Positions 55,475-64,000 of a DNA stretch of 64,000 bases are shown here, piece by piece (position 1 is the stretch's first letter; the number at the start of each line of letters is the position of its first letter). The DNA lies in contig JAJUKC010000004.1 in the NCBI GenBank assembly GCA_029264995.1, positions 406-64,405 of the forward strand, given 5' to 3'. The notes below the pieces were generated by a model. That model did not search any database and was not told the origin of the DNA. It saw only the letters and a list, made by a program, of their open reading frames with translations. Origin of the DNA: Marinobacter sp. (GTDB lineage Bacteria > Pseudomonadota > Gammaproteobacteria > Pseudomonadales > Oleiphilaceae). The translations under genes and the position numbers were made by a program.

Positions 55475-56731
55475 ATGGATGTAGCAGCCTACATGACGGA
55501 ACTCGGCCAGCAGGCCAGGGCCGCTTCCCGGGAAGTCGCCCGGTCCTCCACGGCGGTGCGGAATCAGGCACTTCTGGCCACCGCCGATGCCCTGGACGCC
55601 GCCCGATCCGAACTTGCCACCGCCAACAGCAAAGATCTGGAGCGTGGCCGGGAAAATGGACTCGACAGTGCCATGCTGGATCGCCTCGAGCTTACCGCCC
55701 AGCGCATCGATGCCATGATTGAGGGTTTACGCCAGGTGGCTGCGTTGCCGGACCCTGTGGGTGTGATTACCGATATGACGTATCGTCCGTCGGGTATTCA
55801 GGTGGGCAAGATGCGGGTACCGCTGGGAGTCATCGGCATCATTTACGAGTCCCGGCCCAATGTCACGGTCGAGGCTGCCAGCCTGTGTCTGAAATCCGGT
55901 AATGCGACCATTCTGCGTGGTGGCTCCGAGGCGATTCATTCCAATCAGGCTATTGCCCGTTGCCTCAAGCAGGGCCTGAGTGAGGCTGGGTTGCCGGAAA
56001 CGGCAGTCCAGGTGGTAAGCACTACCGACCGGGCCGCCGTGGGTGAGCTGATCACCATGCCTCAGTTCGTGGATGTGATTGTACCTCGTGGTGGCAAGGG
56101 CCTGATCGAGCGCATCAGTCGTGACGCCCGTGTGCCGGTGATCAAACATCTGGATGGCGTTTGTCATGTTTACATCGACAGCCACGCCGATCCGGAGAAG
56201 GCGCTGAAGGTGGCGGTTAATGCCAAAACCCAGCGTTACGGCACCTGCAATACCATGGAAACCCTGCTGGTTGACCAGGAGGTGGCGGATGGCCTGCTGC
56301 CGCTGCTGGCGGAGCAGTTCCGAGGCAAAGCCGTGGAGTTGCGGGGGTGCCCGCGTACCTGTGCTATTCTCGGAGATATTGTCGAAGCCACCGAGGAAGA
56401 CTGGCACGAGGAATACCTTGCCCCCATTCTGGCGGTGAAGGTGGTTGAAGGGCTGGACGGCGCCATTGAGCACATCAATCGCTACAGCTCCCAGCATACC
56501 GACAGCATTATCACCGAAAACTACACCCGTGCCCGCCGGTTCCTGACCGAGGTGGATTCCAGTTCCGTCATGGTCAATGCCTCAACCCGTTTTGCCGATG
56601 GCTTCGAGTATGGACTGGGCGCCGAGATTGGTATCTCCACCGATAAGATCCATGCCCGTGGGCCGGTCGGCCTGGAAGGGCTTACCTCACAGAAGTACGT
56701 GGTGTTCGGCGACGGCCATATCCGGACCTGA
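55475..56731 (+). CDS. proA: Gamma-glutamyl phosphate reductase
   Basis: [29 protein letters not shown] and NASTRFADG. Confidence 0.97.
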   Translation: MDVAAYMTELGQQARAASREVARSSTAVRNQALLATADALDAARSELATANSKDLERGRENGLDSAMLDRLELTAQRIDAMIEGLRQVAALPDPVGVITDMTYRPSGIQVGKMRVPLGVIGIIYESRPNVTVEAASLCLKSGNATILRGGSEAIHSNQAIARCLKQGLSEAGLPETAVQVVSTTDRAAVGELITMPQFVDVIVPRGGKGLIERISRDARVPVIKHLDGVCHVYIDSHADPEKALKVAVNAKTQRYGTCNTMETLLVDQEVADGLLPLLAEQFRGKAVELRGCPRTCAILGDIVEATEEDWHEEYLAPILAVKVVEGLDGAIEHINRYSSQHTDSIITENYTRARRFLTEVDSSSVMVNASTRFADGFEYGLGAEIGISTDKIHARGPVGLEGLTSQKYVVFGDGHIRT

Positions 56732-56735
56732 CGCC

Positions 56736-57386
56736 ATGCACGTGATCTACGGCGGCACCTTTGACCCGATTCACCACGGGCACCTCCGGCTGGCACTGGA
56801 GGTGTCCGAGGCGCTGGAGGTGAGTCGGGTGCATCTGGTGCCCAGTCATATCCCGCCGCATCGGGGTAGCACCGGGGCCAGCTCGGAGCAGCGTCTGGAA
56901 ATGATCCGGCAGGCCATCGCCGGCGAACCCGCGCTGGTACTTGACGAGCAGGAGGTGCACCGGGGCGGGGCTTCCTACACCGCCGATACCCTGCGTCAGC
57001 TTCGGGCCGAACTGGGGCCGGATTGCCCACTGGTGATGGTGGTCGGTACCGATGCTTTCTCATCGTTTGATCGCTGGCGCGAATGGCAGGAGATCCCTGC
57101 ACTCGCTCATATCGTGGTGGTGCGCCGGCCCGGCTCGGAACTGCCGGTGGGCAGCGAGGCTGCGCAGCTGGTTGCAGAGCGCTGTGCGGGTTCTGCGTTA
57201 GATCTGCATTCACGGCCGGCGGGCCTGGTGCTGGAGCTGGCTCCGCCGTTGCTGGACATCTCTGCCACCGGAATCCGGCGGCGTATCGCGGCGGGTCGGT
57301 CGCCACGCTATCTCACGCCGGATGACGTCTGCCGGAGCATCCGCGCCTGGGGACTCTACGGTGCCCGGCCCGTTGAGGGCCAATAG
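56736..57386 (+). CDS. nadD: Nicotinate-nucleotide adenylyltransferase
   Basis: GGTFDPIHHGH, SYTADT, VGTD and ISATGIR. Confidence 0.95.
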   Translation: MHVIYGGTFDPIHHGHLRLALEVSEALEVSRVHLVPSHIPPHRGSTGASSEQRLEMIRQAIAGEPALVLDEQEVHRGGASYTADTLRQLRAELGPDCPLVMVVGTDAFSSFDRWREWQEIPALAHIVVVRRPGSELPVGSEAAQLVAERCAGSALDLHSRPAGLVLELAPPLLDISATGIRRRIAAGRSPRYLTPDDVCRSIRAWGLYGARPVEGQ

Positions 57387-57409
57387 GAGTTATTCACAGG
57401 CGTCTTTGA

Positions 57410-57418
57410 TGCTACAAT
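57410..57418 (+). promoter_or_regulatory. Putative extended -10 promoter for rsfS-rlmH-mrdA
   Basis: TG-C-TACAAT in the nadD-rsfS gap. Confidence 0.45.
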
Positions 57419-57479
57419 CGCGTCTGAATATCATTGATCGGGTGGCCATACCGGCCAGCACCCGTACTACAGGGTAATT

Positions 57480-57830
57480 ATGCAGGCTGAACAACTGAAA
57501 GATCTGGTCGTTAACGCACTGGAAAACATCAAGGCTCAGGACATCAGTGTGATTGATGTTCGCGACCGCACCAGCGTGACCGATTTTATGGTTCTGGCAT
57601 CCGGTACCTCCAACCGACATGTAAAATCCCTCGCGGATTCGGTGGTGATCGAAGCCAAAGAGCAGGGTGTCCGTGCATCCAACGTTGAAGGTGAAGGCGG
57701 CAGTGACTGGATCCTGGTTGATCTGGGTGACGTGGTTGTTCACGTAATGATGCCTGCTACCCGGGAGTTTTACGATCTGGAGCGGTTCTGGCGTGATGCT
57801 CCGGATCTTGGTGCTGCGGGCAGCGAGTAG
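57480..57830 (+). CDS. rsfS: Ribosome silencing factor
   Basis: [25 protein letters not shown] and REFYDLE. Confidence 0.96.
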   Translation: MQAEQLKDLVVNALENIKAQDISVIDVRDRTSVTDFMVLASGTSNRHVKSLADSVVIEAKEQGVRASNVEGEGGSDWILVDLGDVVVHVMMPATREFYDLERFWRDAPDLGAAGSE

Positions 57831-57832
57831 TC

Positions 57833-58303
57833 ATGCGCCTGCGTCTGATCTGTGTGGGGCAGAAAATGCCCGACTGGGTCAGTGCGGGGTACAACGACTA
57901 CGCTCGCCGGATGCCGCCCGAGTTGCCCCTCGAACTGACTGAAATCCCTATGGCCCACCGGGGTAAGAATCCGGACATTGCCCGGCTGATGCAGCGGGAA
58001 AGCGACGCGATCCTCTCTGCCGTGGGCACCCGTGACCGCGTGGTGGCTCTGGAGGTGGGTGGGCGCCCCTGGTCAACGGAAAAGCTCGCCTCACAGCTGG
58101 AAAGCTGGCAACAGGACGGCCGGGATGTCGCTTTTCTGGTCGGAGGCCCCGACGGCCTGGCGGATGCCTGTCGACAGCGAGCGGACCAGCAATGGTCACT
58201 GTCGCCTCTTACCTTGCCCCACCCTCTGGTGAGAATCCTCTTGGCCGAGCAACTCTACCGGGCCTGGAGCATCACCCGTAACCACCCTTACCACCGGGCC
58301 TAG
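57833..58303 (+). CDS. rlmH: 23S rRNA m3Psi1915 methyltransferase
   Basis: [20 protein letters not shown] and HPYHR. Confidence 0.97.
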   Translation: MRLRLICVGQKMPDWVSAGYNDYARRMPPELPLELTEIPMAHRGKNPDIARLMQRESDAILSAVGTRDRVVALEVGGRPWSTEKLASQLESWQQDGRDVAFLVGGPDGLADACRQRADQQWSLSPLTLPHPLVRILLAEQLYRAWSITRNHPYHRA

Positions 58304-58311
58304 GAACAGAC

Positions 58312-60210
58312 ATGGTCTGGGGCGAACTGAAAAATACCGCAGCGGAGCGCCGGCTGTTCCAGCGCCGGGCCATGGTGATGCTGGTGTTCGTCCTGGTGCT
58401 GATGACCGGGTTGCTGGCTCGGATGTACCAGTTGCAGATCGTTGAGCACGAGATTTACACCACGCTGTCTGACAAAAACCGGGTTCAGGTACAGTCGGTA
58501 CCGCCACCCCGAGGCCTGGTGTACGACCGGAATAACATTTTGCTGGCGGAGAATCGCCCGGTATTCAGCCTGACGGTGGTGCCGGAGCGCGTTGGCGATA
58601 TGGACGCAACACTGGCGCGCCTGAGCGACATTCTGAGTATTGCCGATGAAGACCTGGAACGGTTCGAGCGCCGACTGCGGGAGCCGCGGCGTCCGTTCCA
58701 GGCGATCCCCCTGAGTTACGATCTCGACGAAGCCGAAATTGCCCGCATGGCAGTGCACCGGCATCAGTTTCCGGGGGTGGAAGTTGAGGCCGAACTGGTT
58801 CGCTACTATCCCCATAGCGAGCTGACCGCCCATGCCCTGGGGTTTGTCGGCCGTATCAATCGCGACGAACTCCAGCGTATCGATCCGGTTAATTACGCGG
58901 GGACCAACTACATCGGCAAATCCGGCATTGAGCGTTTCTACGAGGAGGCGCTTCACGGTCAGGTGGGCTACCAGCATGTAGAAACCAACGCCCGTGGCCG
59001 GATCTTGCGGGTGCTTGAGCGAGTAAATCCTGTTCCGGGCGAAGACCTCCAGCTCCATCTTGATTTGCGGCTCCAGCGTCGGGCGCATGAGCTGATGGAG
59101 GGCAGGCGAGGTGCGATCATTGCGATTGAGCCGAAGACCGGCGGGATTCTGGCGCTTGCCAGTGTGCCCGGTTTCGATGCCAATAAGTTTGTGACCGGTA
59201 TCAGCGTCAATGATTATCGCGAGTTGAGTCAGAGTATTGATAAGCCATTGTTTAACAGGGCGCTCCGGGGCCAGTACCCCCCCGCCTCGACCATCAAGCC
59301 CATGATGGCTGTTGCAGCGCTGGACAGTGGCGCAACGAATAGAGACCGGAGAATCTGGGACCCGGGCTACTTCCAGTTACGTGAGGGCGGGAGGCGTTTC
59401 CGGAACTGGAATCGCTCTGGCGATGGCTGGGTGGATCTGAAGTACTCCATGGCGAGATCCAATGATGTTTACTTTTACGAAGTGGGCGTTGATATGGGGG
59501 TGGATGTCATGTCTTCCTATCTGGCCCGGTTCGGCTTTGGTGAGGATGCCACCCTGGATGTGTCCGGTGCTTTGACCGGGTTGTTGCCGACCGCAGACTG
59601 GAAACGGGCGGTGAAAAATGAGCCGTGGTATCCCGGAGACTCAGTCAACATGAGTATTGGGCAAGGGTTTTTGCTGGCAACGCCCATGCAACTGGCAACG
59701 GCTACGGCTTTGATTGCCAATCGCGGACTCTGGGTCGAGCCCAGGCTGCTTAAGGATGTCCATGGTGACAGTCCAGTGGAGGAGTTCCTCCCGGAGCAGA
59801 CGCATGAGCAGCTTGAACTGAATGACCCTGATGACTGGGAGTATGTCGTCGATACCATGGAAGAAGTGATGCATGGCGCAAGGGGTACGGGGCGAAGCGC
59901 CGGTCGAGGCGCGAGCTACCGGATGGCTGGTAAAACTGGCACTGCCCAGGTATTCAGTCTTGGTCAGGATGAGGAGTACGATGAAGAGCAGATAAAGGAG
60001 CGACTCCGGGACCACGCGCTTTTCGTCGGGTTTGCTCCAGCGGATGACCCCAAGATCGCAGTCGCTGTGATTGTTGAGAACGGTGGTAGTGGCAGTGGTG
60101 CCGCTGCCCCGGTTGCCCGGGCCTTGTTTGATGCCTGGCTGGAGGAGTTTCCAGCGCAGGAGGCGGAAACTGTGATCAGCGATTCCAGAACGGCCGGTGG
60201 AGACAACTGA
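58312..60210 (+). CDS. mrdA: Penicillin-binding protein 2
   Basis: PPRG..YDRN, RYYP, STIK, SND, KTGT and DHA. Confidence 0.96.
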   Translation: MVWGELKNTAAERRLFQRRAMVMLVFVLVLMTGLLARMYQLQIVEHEIYTTLSDKNRVQVQSVPPPRGLVYDRNNILLAENRPVFSLTVVPERVGDMDATLARLSDILSIADEDLERFERRLREPRRPFQAIPLSYDLDEAEIARMAVHRHQFPGVEVEAELVRYYPHSELTAHALGFVGRINRDELQRIDPVNYAGTNYIGKSGIERFYEEALHGQVGYQHVETNARGRILRVLERVNPVPGEDLQLHLDLRLQRRAHELMEGRRGAIIAIEPKTGGILALASVPGFDANKFVTGISVNDYRELSQSIDKPLFNRALRGQYPPASTIKPMMAVAALDSGATNRDRRIWDPGYFQLREGGRRFRNWNRSGDGWVDLKYSMARSNDVYFYEVGVDMGVDVMSSYLARFGFGEDATLDVSGALTGLLPTADWKRAVKNEPWYPGDSVNMSIGQGFLLATPMQLATATALIANRGLWVEPRLLKDVHGDSPVEEFLPEQTHEQLELNDPDDWEYVVDTMEEVMHGARGTGRSAGRGASYRMAGKTGTAQVFSLGQDEEYDEEQIKERLRDHALFVGFAPADDPKIAVAVIVENGGSGSGAAAPVARALFDAWLEEFPAQEAETVISDSRTAGGDN

Positions 60211-61352
60211 TGGCTGGCAGCAAACTGTGGAGCAGTCAGAGCAGCAGCGATCTCGGGCGCAACCGCAGTGTCTGGTCGGCACTGCATCTGGACCCGGTTC
60301 TTCTGGGGCTTCTGCTGTTGCTCGTCGGTGGCGGCCTTTTCGTGCTCTACAGTGGCGCTGACCGGAACATTGACGTGGTCAAGGCGCAGGGCATTCGCCT
60401 GGGTGTTGCCTTTGTGGTGATGTTTGTATTTGCCCAACTGGATCCGGCGGTCTTTCGTCGATGGGCGCCCTGGCTCTACGGCTTGGGGCTGATCGGGCTG
60501 GTTGCCGTGTTGCTGGTGGGTGTTGGTGCCAAAGGGGCTCAGCGCTGGCTGGCGCTGCCAGGGCTGCCCCGGTTTCAGCCTTCCGAGTTCATGAAGCTGG
60601 TGGTGCCGATGATGGCGGCCTGGTACCTGTCTCGCTATTACCTGCCACCGACCTTCCCGAAGGTGATGACGGGGCTTGTGATCGTTCTGCTGCCGATGTT
60701 CCTGATCATCCAGCAACCGGATCTCGGTACCTCCCTGCTGGTGGGCATGGCGGGCATTTTTGTGGTGTTCTTTGCCGGCATCAGCTGGAAGTTGATTGCC
60801 GCGTTCCTCGCCATGGTCTCGGTTTCTGCCCCCCTGATGTGGTTCTTCGTCATGCGGGAATATCAGAAGCAGCGGGTATTGACGCTGCTGGATCCCCAGA
60901 GCGATCCGCTCGGGGCCGGCTGGAACATTATCCAGTCGAAAACCGCGATTGGTTCCGGTGGTATGGAGGGCAAGGGCTGGTTGCAGGGTACCCAATCACA
61001 CCTGGAGTTTTTGCCGGAAAGCCACACTGATTTTATTGTCGCGGTGCTGGCAGAGGAGTTCGGTTTTGTCGGTATGTTGCTGCTGCTGACGTTGTACTTT
61101 CTGATTATCCTGCGATGTCTCTACATCTCGGTTACCGCCCAGGATTCCTTCGGTCGGTTGGTGGCCGGCGCACTGACCATGACGTTTTTCATTTATATCT
61201 TCGTCAACATTGGAATGGTGAGCGGCCTGTTGCCGGTGGTCGGGGTGCCGTTGCCGTTGATCAGTTATGGTGGCACCTCAAGTGTCACCCTGATGGCGGC
61301 GTTCGGGGTGTTGATGTCGATTCACACCCATCGCCGGATGATCACGGCCTGA
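60210..61352 (+). CDS. rodA: SEDS polymerase RodA
   Basis: GAQRW, QPSEFMK, QPDLGT, LPESHTDF and PVVGVPLP. Confidence 0.96.
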   Translation: MAGSKLWSSQSSSDLGRNRSVWSALHLDPVLLGLLLLLVGGGLFVLYSGADRNIDVVKAQGIRLGVAFVVMFVFAQLDPAVFRRWAPWLYGLGLIGLVAVLLVGVGAKGAQRWLALPGLPRFQPSEFMKLVVPMMAAWYLSRYYLPPTFPKVMTGLVIVLLPMFLIIQQPDLGTSLLVGMAGIFVVFFAGISWKLIAAFLAMVSVSAPLMWFFVMREYQKQRVLTLLDPQSDPLGAGWNIIQSKTAIGSGGMEGKGWLQGTQSHLEFLPESHTDFIVAVLAEEFGFVGMLLLLTLYFLIILRCLYISVTAQDSFGRLVAGALTMTFFIYIFVNIGMVSGLLPVVGVPLPLISYGGTSSVTLMAAFGVLMSIHTHRRMITA

Positions 61353-61462
61353 ACCAGTAATGATGGCCGCCCGGTAATGGTGTATACACAAGGGAACCCG
61401 TTACAATGTTGCTGGTCAGTAATGGCGGTATCAATACACAGGTTTTGGGGTAGCGAACAGAC

Positions 61463-62350
61463 ATGGTCAAGGTTTCTGACAAACGGATTCCCGCATTCGC
61501 TTTGGCTGCCTTGCTGGCCGGTTGTGCCAGCAGCCCCGAAGTTGACCATTCCTCACGCTACACCATAAAACAGGATCGGGCGCCTTCGGGCAGCTTCGAT
61601 GCCAGTGGCCTGGCCGATGCCACACCTCGGTATGAACAGCCACGGACGGCTGGCAACAAGTCACCCTATACGGTCTGGGGCAAGCGCTATCATGTGATGG
61701 ACAGCAATGAGGGATACGTGCAGCGCGGCACCGCGAGCTGGTATGGCGAGAAATTTCACGGCCATAAGACCTCCAACGGTGAAGTGTTCGACATGTATGC
61801 CATGTCGGCGGCTCACAAATCTCTTCGTATTCCGGGTTACGCACGGGTGACCAATCTCGACAACGGCCGTTCGGTGATTGTCCGGGTGAACGATCGCGGA
61901 CCCTTCCACGGGGACCGGTTGATCGATCTGTCCTATGCTGCGGCCAAGAAACTTGGCTATCAATCCCGTGGCACCGCCAGGGTCGAAGTGGCCGCCATTA
62001 CAGTGCGCCCGGACGGCTCCATGTTCCTGGCTGGCAAGCCGTTTGACGCGGTTGGTGAGGCCGCTGTGGTTGCCTCGTCGCCTTCCGGGACAACCGAGCT
62101 GGCCGCCGGTGAAGGTCTGTTTGTCCAGCTCGGGGCATTCAGTCAGCGAGATCCGGCTGAGGCCATGCGTGAGCGCCTGCTGGGGGTGCTGGACAATCCT
62201 GTGAGAGTCCGGGAGATCACCACCGATAATGGCCGGTTCCACCGGGTTCAGGTGGGGCCGTTCGAGAACGAAGGCGATGCGCGCTACGCTCAGAACCTTC
62301 TGGAATCCAGAGGGTTCCGGCAGTCCATTGTACTGACCGATTCGCACTGA
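61463..62350 (+). CDS. rlpA: Septal ring lytic transglycosylase RlpA (lipoprotein with SPOR domain)
   Basis: Lipobox LAGC; ASWYG, AAH, VNDRGPF and IDLS; SPOR motif VQLGAF..RVQVGP. Confidence 0.95.
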   Translation: MVKVSDKRIPAFALAALLAGCASSPEVDHSSRYTIKQDRAPSGSFDASGLADATPRYEQPRTAGNKSPYTVWGKRYHVMDSNEGYVQRGTASWYGEKFHGHKTSNGEVFDMYAMSAAHKSLRIPGYARVTNLDNGRSVIVRVNDRGPFHGDRLIDLSYAAAKKLGYQSRGTARVEVAAITVRPDGSMFLAGKPFDAVGEAAVVASSPSGTTELAAGEGLFVQLGAFSQRDPAEAMRERLLGVLDNPVRVREITTDNGRFHRVQVGPFENEGDARYAQNLLESRGFRQSIVLTDSH

Positions 62351-62395
62351 ACCGACTGAGTTCAGAACCAACATAAGACAAGCATCTGACGACGA

Positions 62396-63571
62396 ATGAA
62401 ACTATCCATGGCTTTCAAGACTGTAACTCGAACCCTGTTTCTGGTTTTCTCCCTGTTGCTGATGACCGGGCAGGCCTCGGCGCAGGCCGTACTGATCCCG
62501 TCGCCACCGCAGATTGCCGGTAGCTCCTGGGTATTGATGGACCCGCTCAGTGGTCGAGTGATCATGGAGCACAACAGCAATGAGCGATTGCCGCCAGCGA
62601 GCCTGACCAAAATGATGACGGCCTACATTGTCGAGCGCGAGCTGGATGAAGGCCGTATCGCCATGTCGGATATGGTGCCGATCAGTGTCAAAGCCTGGCG
62701 TACCGAAGGTTCCCGAACCTTTGTGCAGGAAGGCACCTCGGTTTCGGTTGAGGATCTTCTCAAAGGGGTGATTATCCAGTCTGGCAATGATGCGTCTGTG
62801 GCGTTGGCAGAGTTTGTGGCCGGCAGTGAAGGGGCTTTTGTGGACATCATGAACCAGCAGGCACAGCTGTTGGGCATGAAGGATACCCATTTCGAGAATG
62901 CCACCGGCTTGCCCTCACCAGATCATTTCTCAACCGCCTACGATCTTGCGATCCTGGCGCAGCACATTATCCAGGACTACCCGGAAAATTATCCGCTGTA
63001 TGCCCAGAAGCACTTCACCTACAACAATATTCGCCAGCCCAACCGTAACAGCCTGCTGTGGCGCGATGACAGCGTCGATGGTTTGAAAACGGGGCACACG
63101 GAAGAGGCTGGCTACTGCCTGGTGGCGTCGGCAAAGCGTGGTGAGACCCGGCTGATTGCCACTGTTATGGGTGCCAGCAGCTCTGAAGCCCGTGCTCAGG
63201 AAGTACAGAAAATGCTCAACTACGGCTTCCGTTACTTTGAAACCGAGCGGCTGTTCCGTGCCGGTCAGGAACTGATGGCCTCCCGGGTGTGGGGCGGCCA
63301 GGCGGATGAGGTGTCGGTGGGCATGCCTGAGGATATCTACGTCACCATTCCTCGCGGCTCCCGCGAACAGCTGGAATCGGTGGTCGACCTTGATTCCGTG
63401 ATAAAAGCGCCCATTAAGGTGGGAGATGAGCTGGGCCGCGTTCGTGTGGTTCTGGATGGTGAAACCCTGGTGGATGAGCCTGTGCTGGCACTCACCGAAG
63501 TGCCTGAAGGCGGTTTGTTCAAGCGCATCTGGGATGCCATCAAGCTGTTCTTTGTTCAACTGTTTAACTGA
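62396..63571 (+). CDS. dacA: D-Ala-D-Ala carboxypeptidase (PBP5/6)
   Basis: SLTK, SGN and KTG motifs; start may be 62408. Confidence 0.93.
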   Translation: MKLSMAFKTVTRTLFLVFSLLLMTGQASAQAVLIPSPPQIAGSSWVLMDPLSGRVIMEHNSNERLPPASLTKMMTAYIVERELDEGRIAMSDMVPISVKAWRTEGSRTFVQEGTSVSVEDLLKGVIIQSGNDASVALAEFVAGSEGAFVDIMNQQAQLLGMKDTHFENATGLPSPDHFSTAYDLAILAQHIIQDYPENYPLYAQKHFTYNNIRQPNRNSLLWRDDSVDGLKTGHTEEAGYCLVASAKRGETRLIATVMGASSSEARAQEVQKMLNYGFRYFETERLFRAGQELMASRVWGGQADEVSVGMPEDIYVTIPRGSREQLESVVDLDSVIKAPIKVGDELGRVRVVLDGETLVDEPVLALTEVPEGGLFKRIWDAIKLFFVQLFN

Positions 63572-63612
63572 GGCCGGGGCGCTGTTTTCCTCAGCCGGGA
63601 GTAATGTGCGGC

Positions 63613-63882
63613 ATGACTGAGCCGAAAGCACCAAAAATCGAGTTTCCCTGTGACTATGTCATCAAGGTGATTGGCAATGCCGCGCCCGATTTCACCGAAT
63701 TCGTGGTGGAAGTCGTCGAGCAGCATGCCCCGGGGCTGTCTGAAGCGGACATCTCGGTGACCGACAGCAGCAAGGGCCGGTTTTCTTCGGTTCAGCTGAA
63801 AATTGTGGCTACCGGTGAAGATCAGCTCAAAGCATTGTTTGAAGAGCTCAAGGCCAGTGGCCGCGTTCATATGGTGCTGTAA
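63613..63882 (+). CDS. ybeD: YbeD/DUF493 family protein
   Basis: IEFPCDY.IKVIG, SSKG.F.S and C-terminal VHMVL; between dacA and lipB. Confidence 0.92.
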   Translation: MTEPKAPKIEFPCDYVIKVIGNAAPDFTEFVVEVVEQHAPGLSEADISVTDSSKGRFSSVQLKIVATGEDQLKALFEELKASGRVHMVL

Positions 63883-63884
63883 CT

Positions 63885-64000
63885 GTGGCTGACCTCATCG
63901 TGCGGTCACTGGGGCAGCAGCCCTACATGGAAACCTGGGAGGCGATGAAATCATTCACTGCCAACCGGGACGAGACCACCGTGGATGAACTCTGGTGCCT
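63885..64000 (+). CDS. lipB: Octanoyltransferase LipB, 5' end (partial)
   Basis: GTG start; [22 protein letters not shown]...T.DELW; synteny. Confidence 0.9.
   Translation, partial: MADLIVRSLGQQPYMETWEAMKSFTANRDETTVDELWC

Noticed and set aside
55475-56731. proA without an adjacent proB
   Set aside because: proA-nadD-rsfS-rlmH is a familiar order in pseudomonad-like genomes, with proB located elsewhere.
56577-56735. N-terminal extensions in the ORF track (nadD; also ftsZ, ilvD, moaC, ribA, lpoA and the SIS gene)
   Set aside because: These come from longest-ORF calling; downstream starts match the family N-termini and, in most cases, an RBS.
61353-61462. No mltB/sltB1 between rodA and rlpA
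   Set aside because: rodA-rlpA-dacA adjacency is the E. coli-type order and I see no gene remnant in the 110-nt gap.

Overview
A GC-rich gammaproteobacterial core-genome window. The gene order and protein sequences look like Marinobacter, which is my inference and not a database result. In order it holds: the 3' end of rpsI, petABC, sspAB, a DiaA/GmhA-like SIS gene with yraN and lpoA, rsmI, RNase P RNA (rnpB), the full dcw cluster (mraZ to lpxC), dciA, an M23 peptidase, secA, argJ, a MutT-ThiE-like fusion, moaC, ribA, xseB-ispA-dxs, an NRDE/TANGO2 gene, TSUP-lgt-thyA-folA, a DEAD-box helicase, a small accessory block (thioesterase, haloalkane dehalogenase, two small hypothetical genes, AI-2E transporter, PG-binding protein), ilvD, a five-gene signalling/envelope block, and proA-nadD-rsfS-rlmH-mrdA-rodA-rlpA-dacA-ybeD-lipB (partial). 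I saw no tRNA, rRNA, IS, prophage or CRISPR array. The best candidate for an undescribed system is a translationally coupled three-gene operon at 51873-55338. It has two membrane-anchored GGDEF proteins that have both lost the catalytic motif but kept the RxxD c-di-GMP I-site, followed by an intact DedA-PAP2 fusion. A haloalkane dehalogenase with Asn in place of its nucleophile Asp is also notable.
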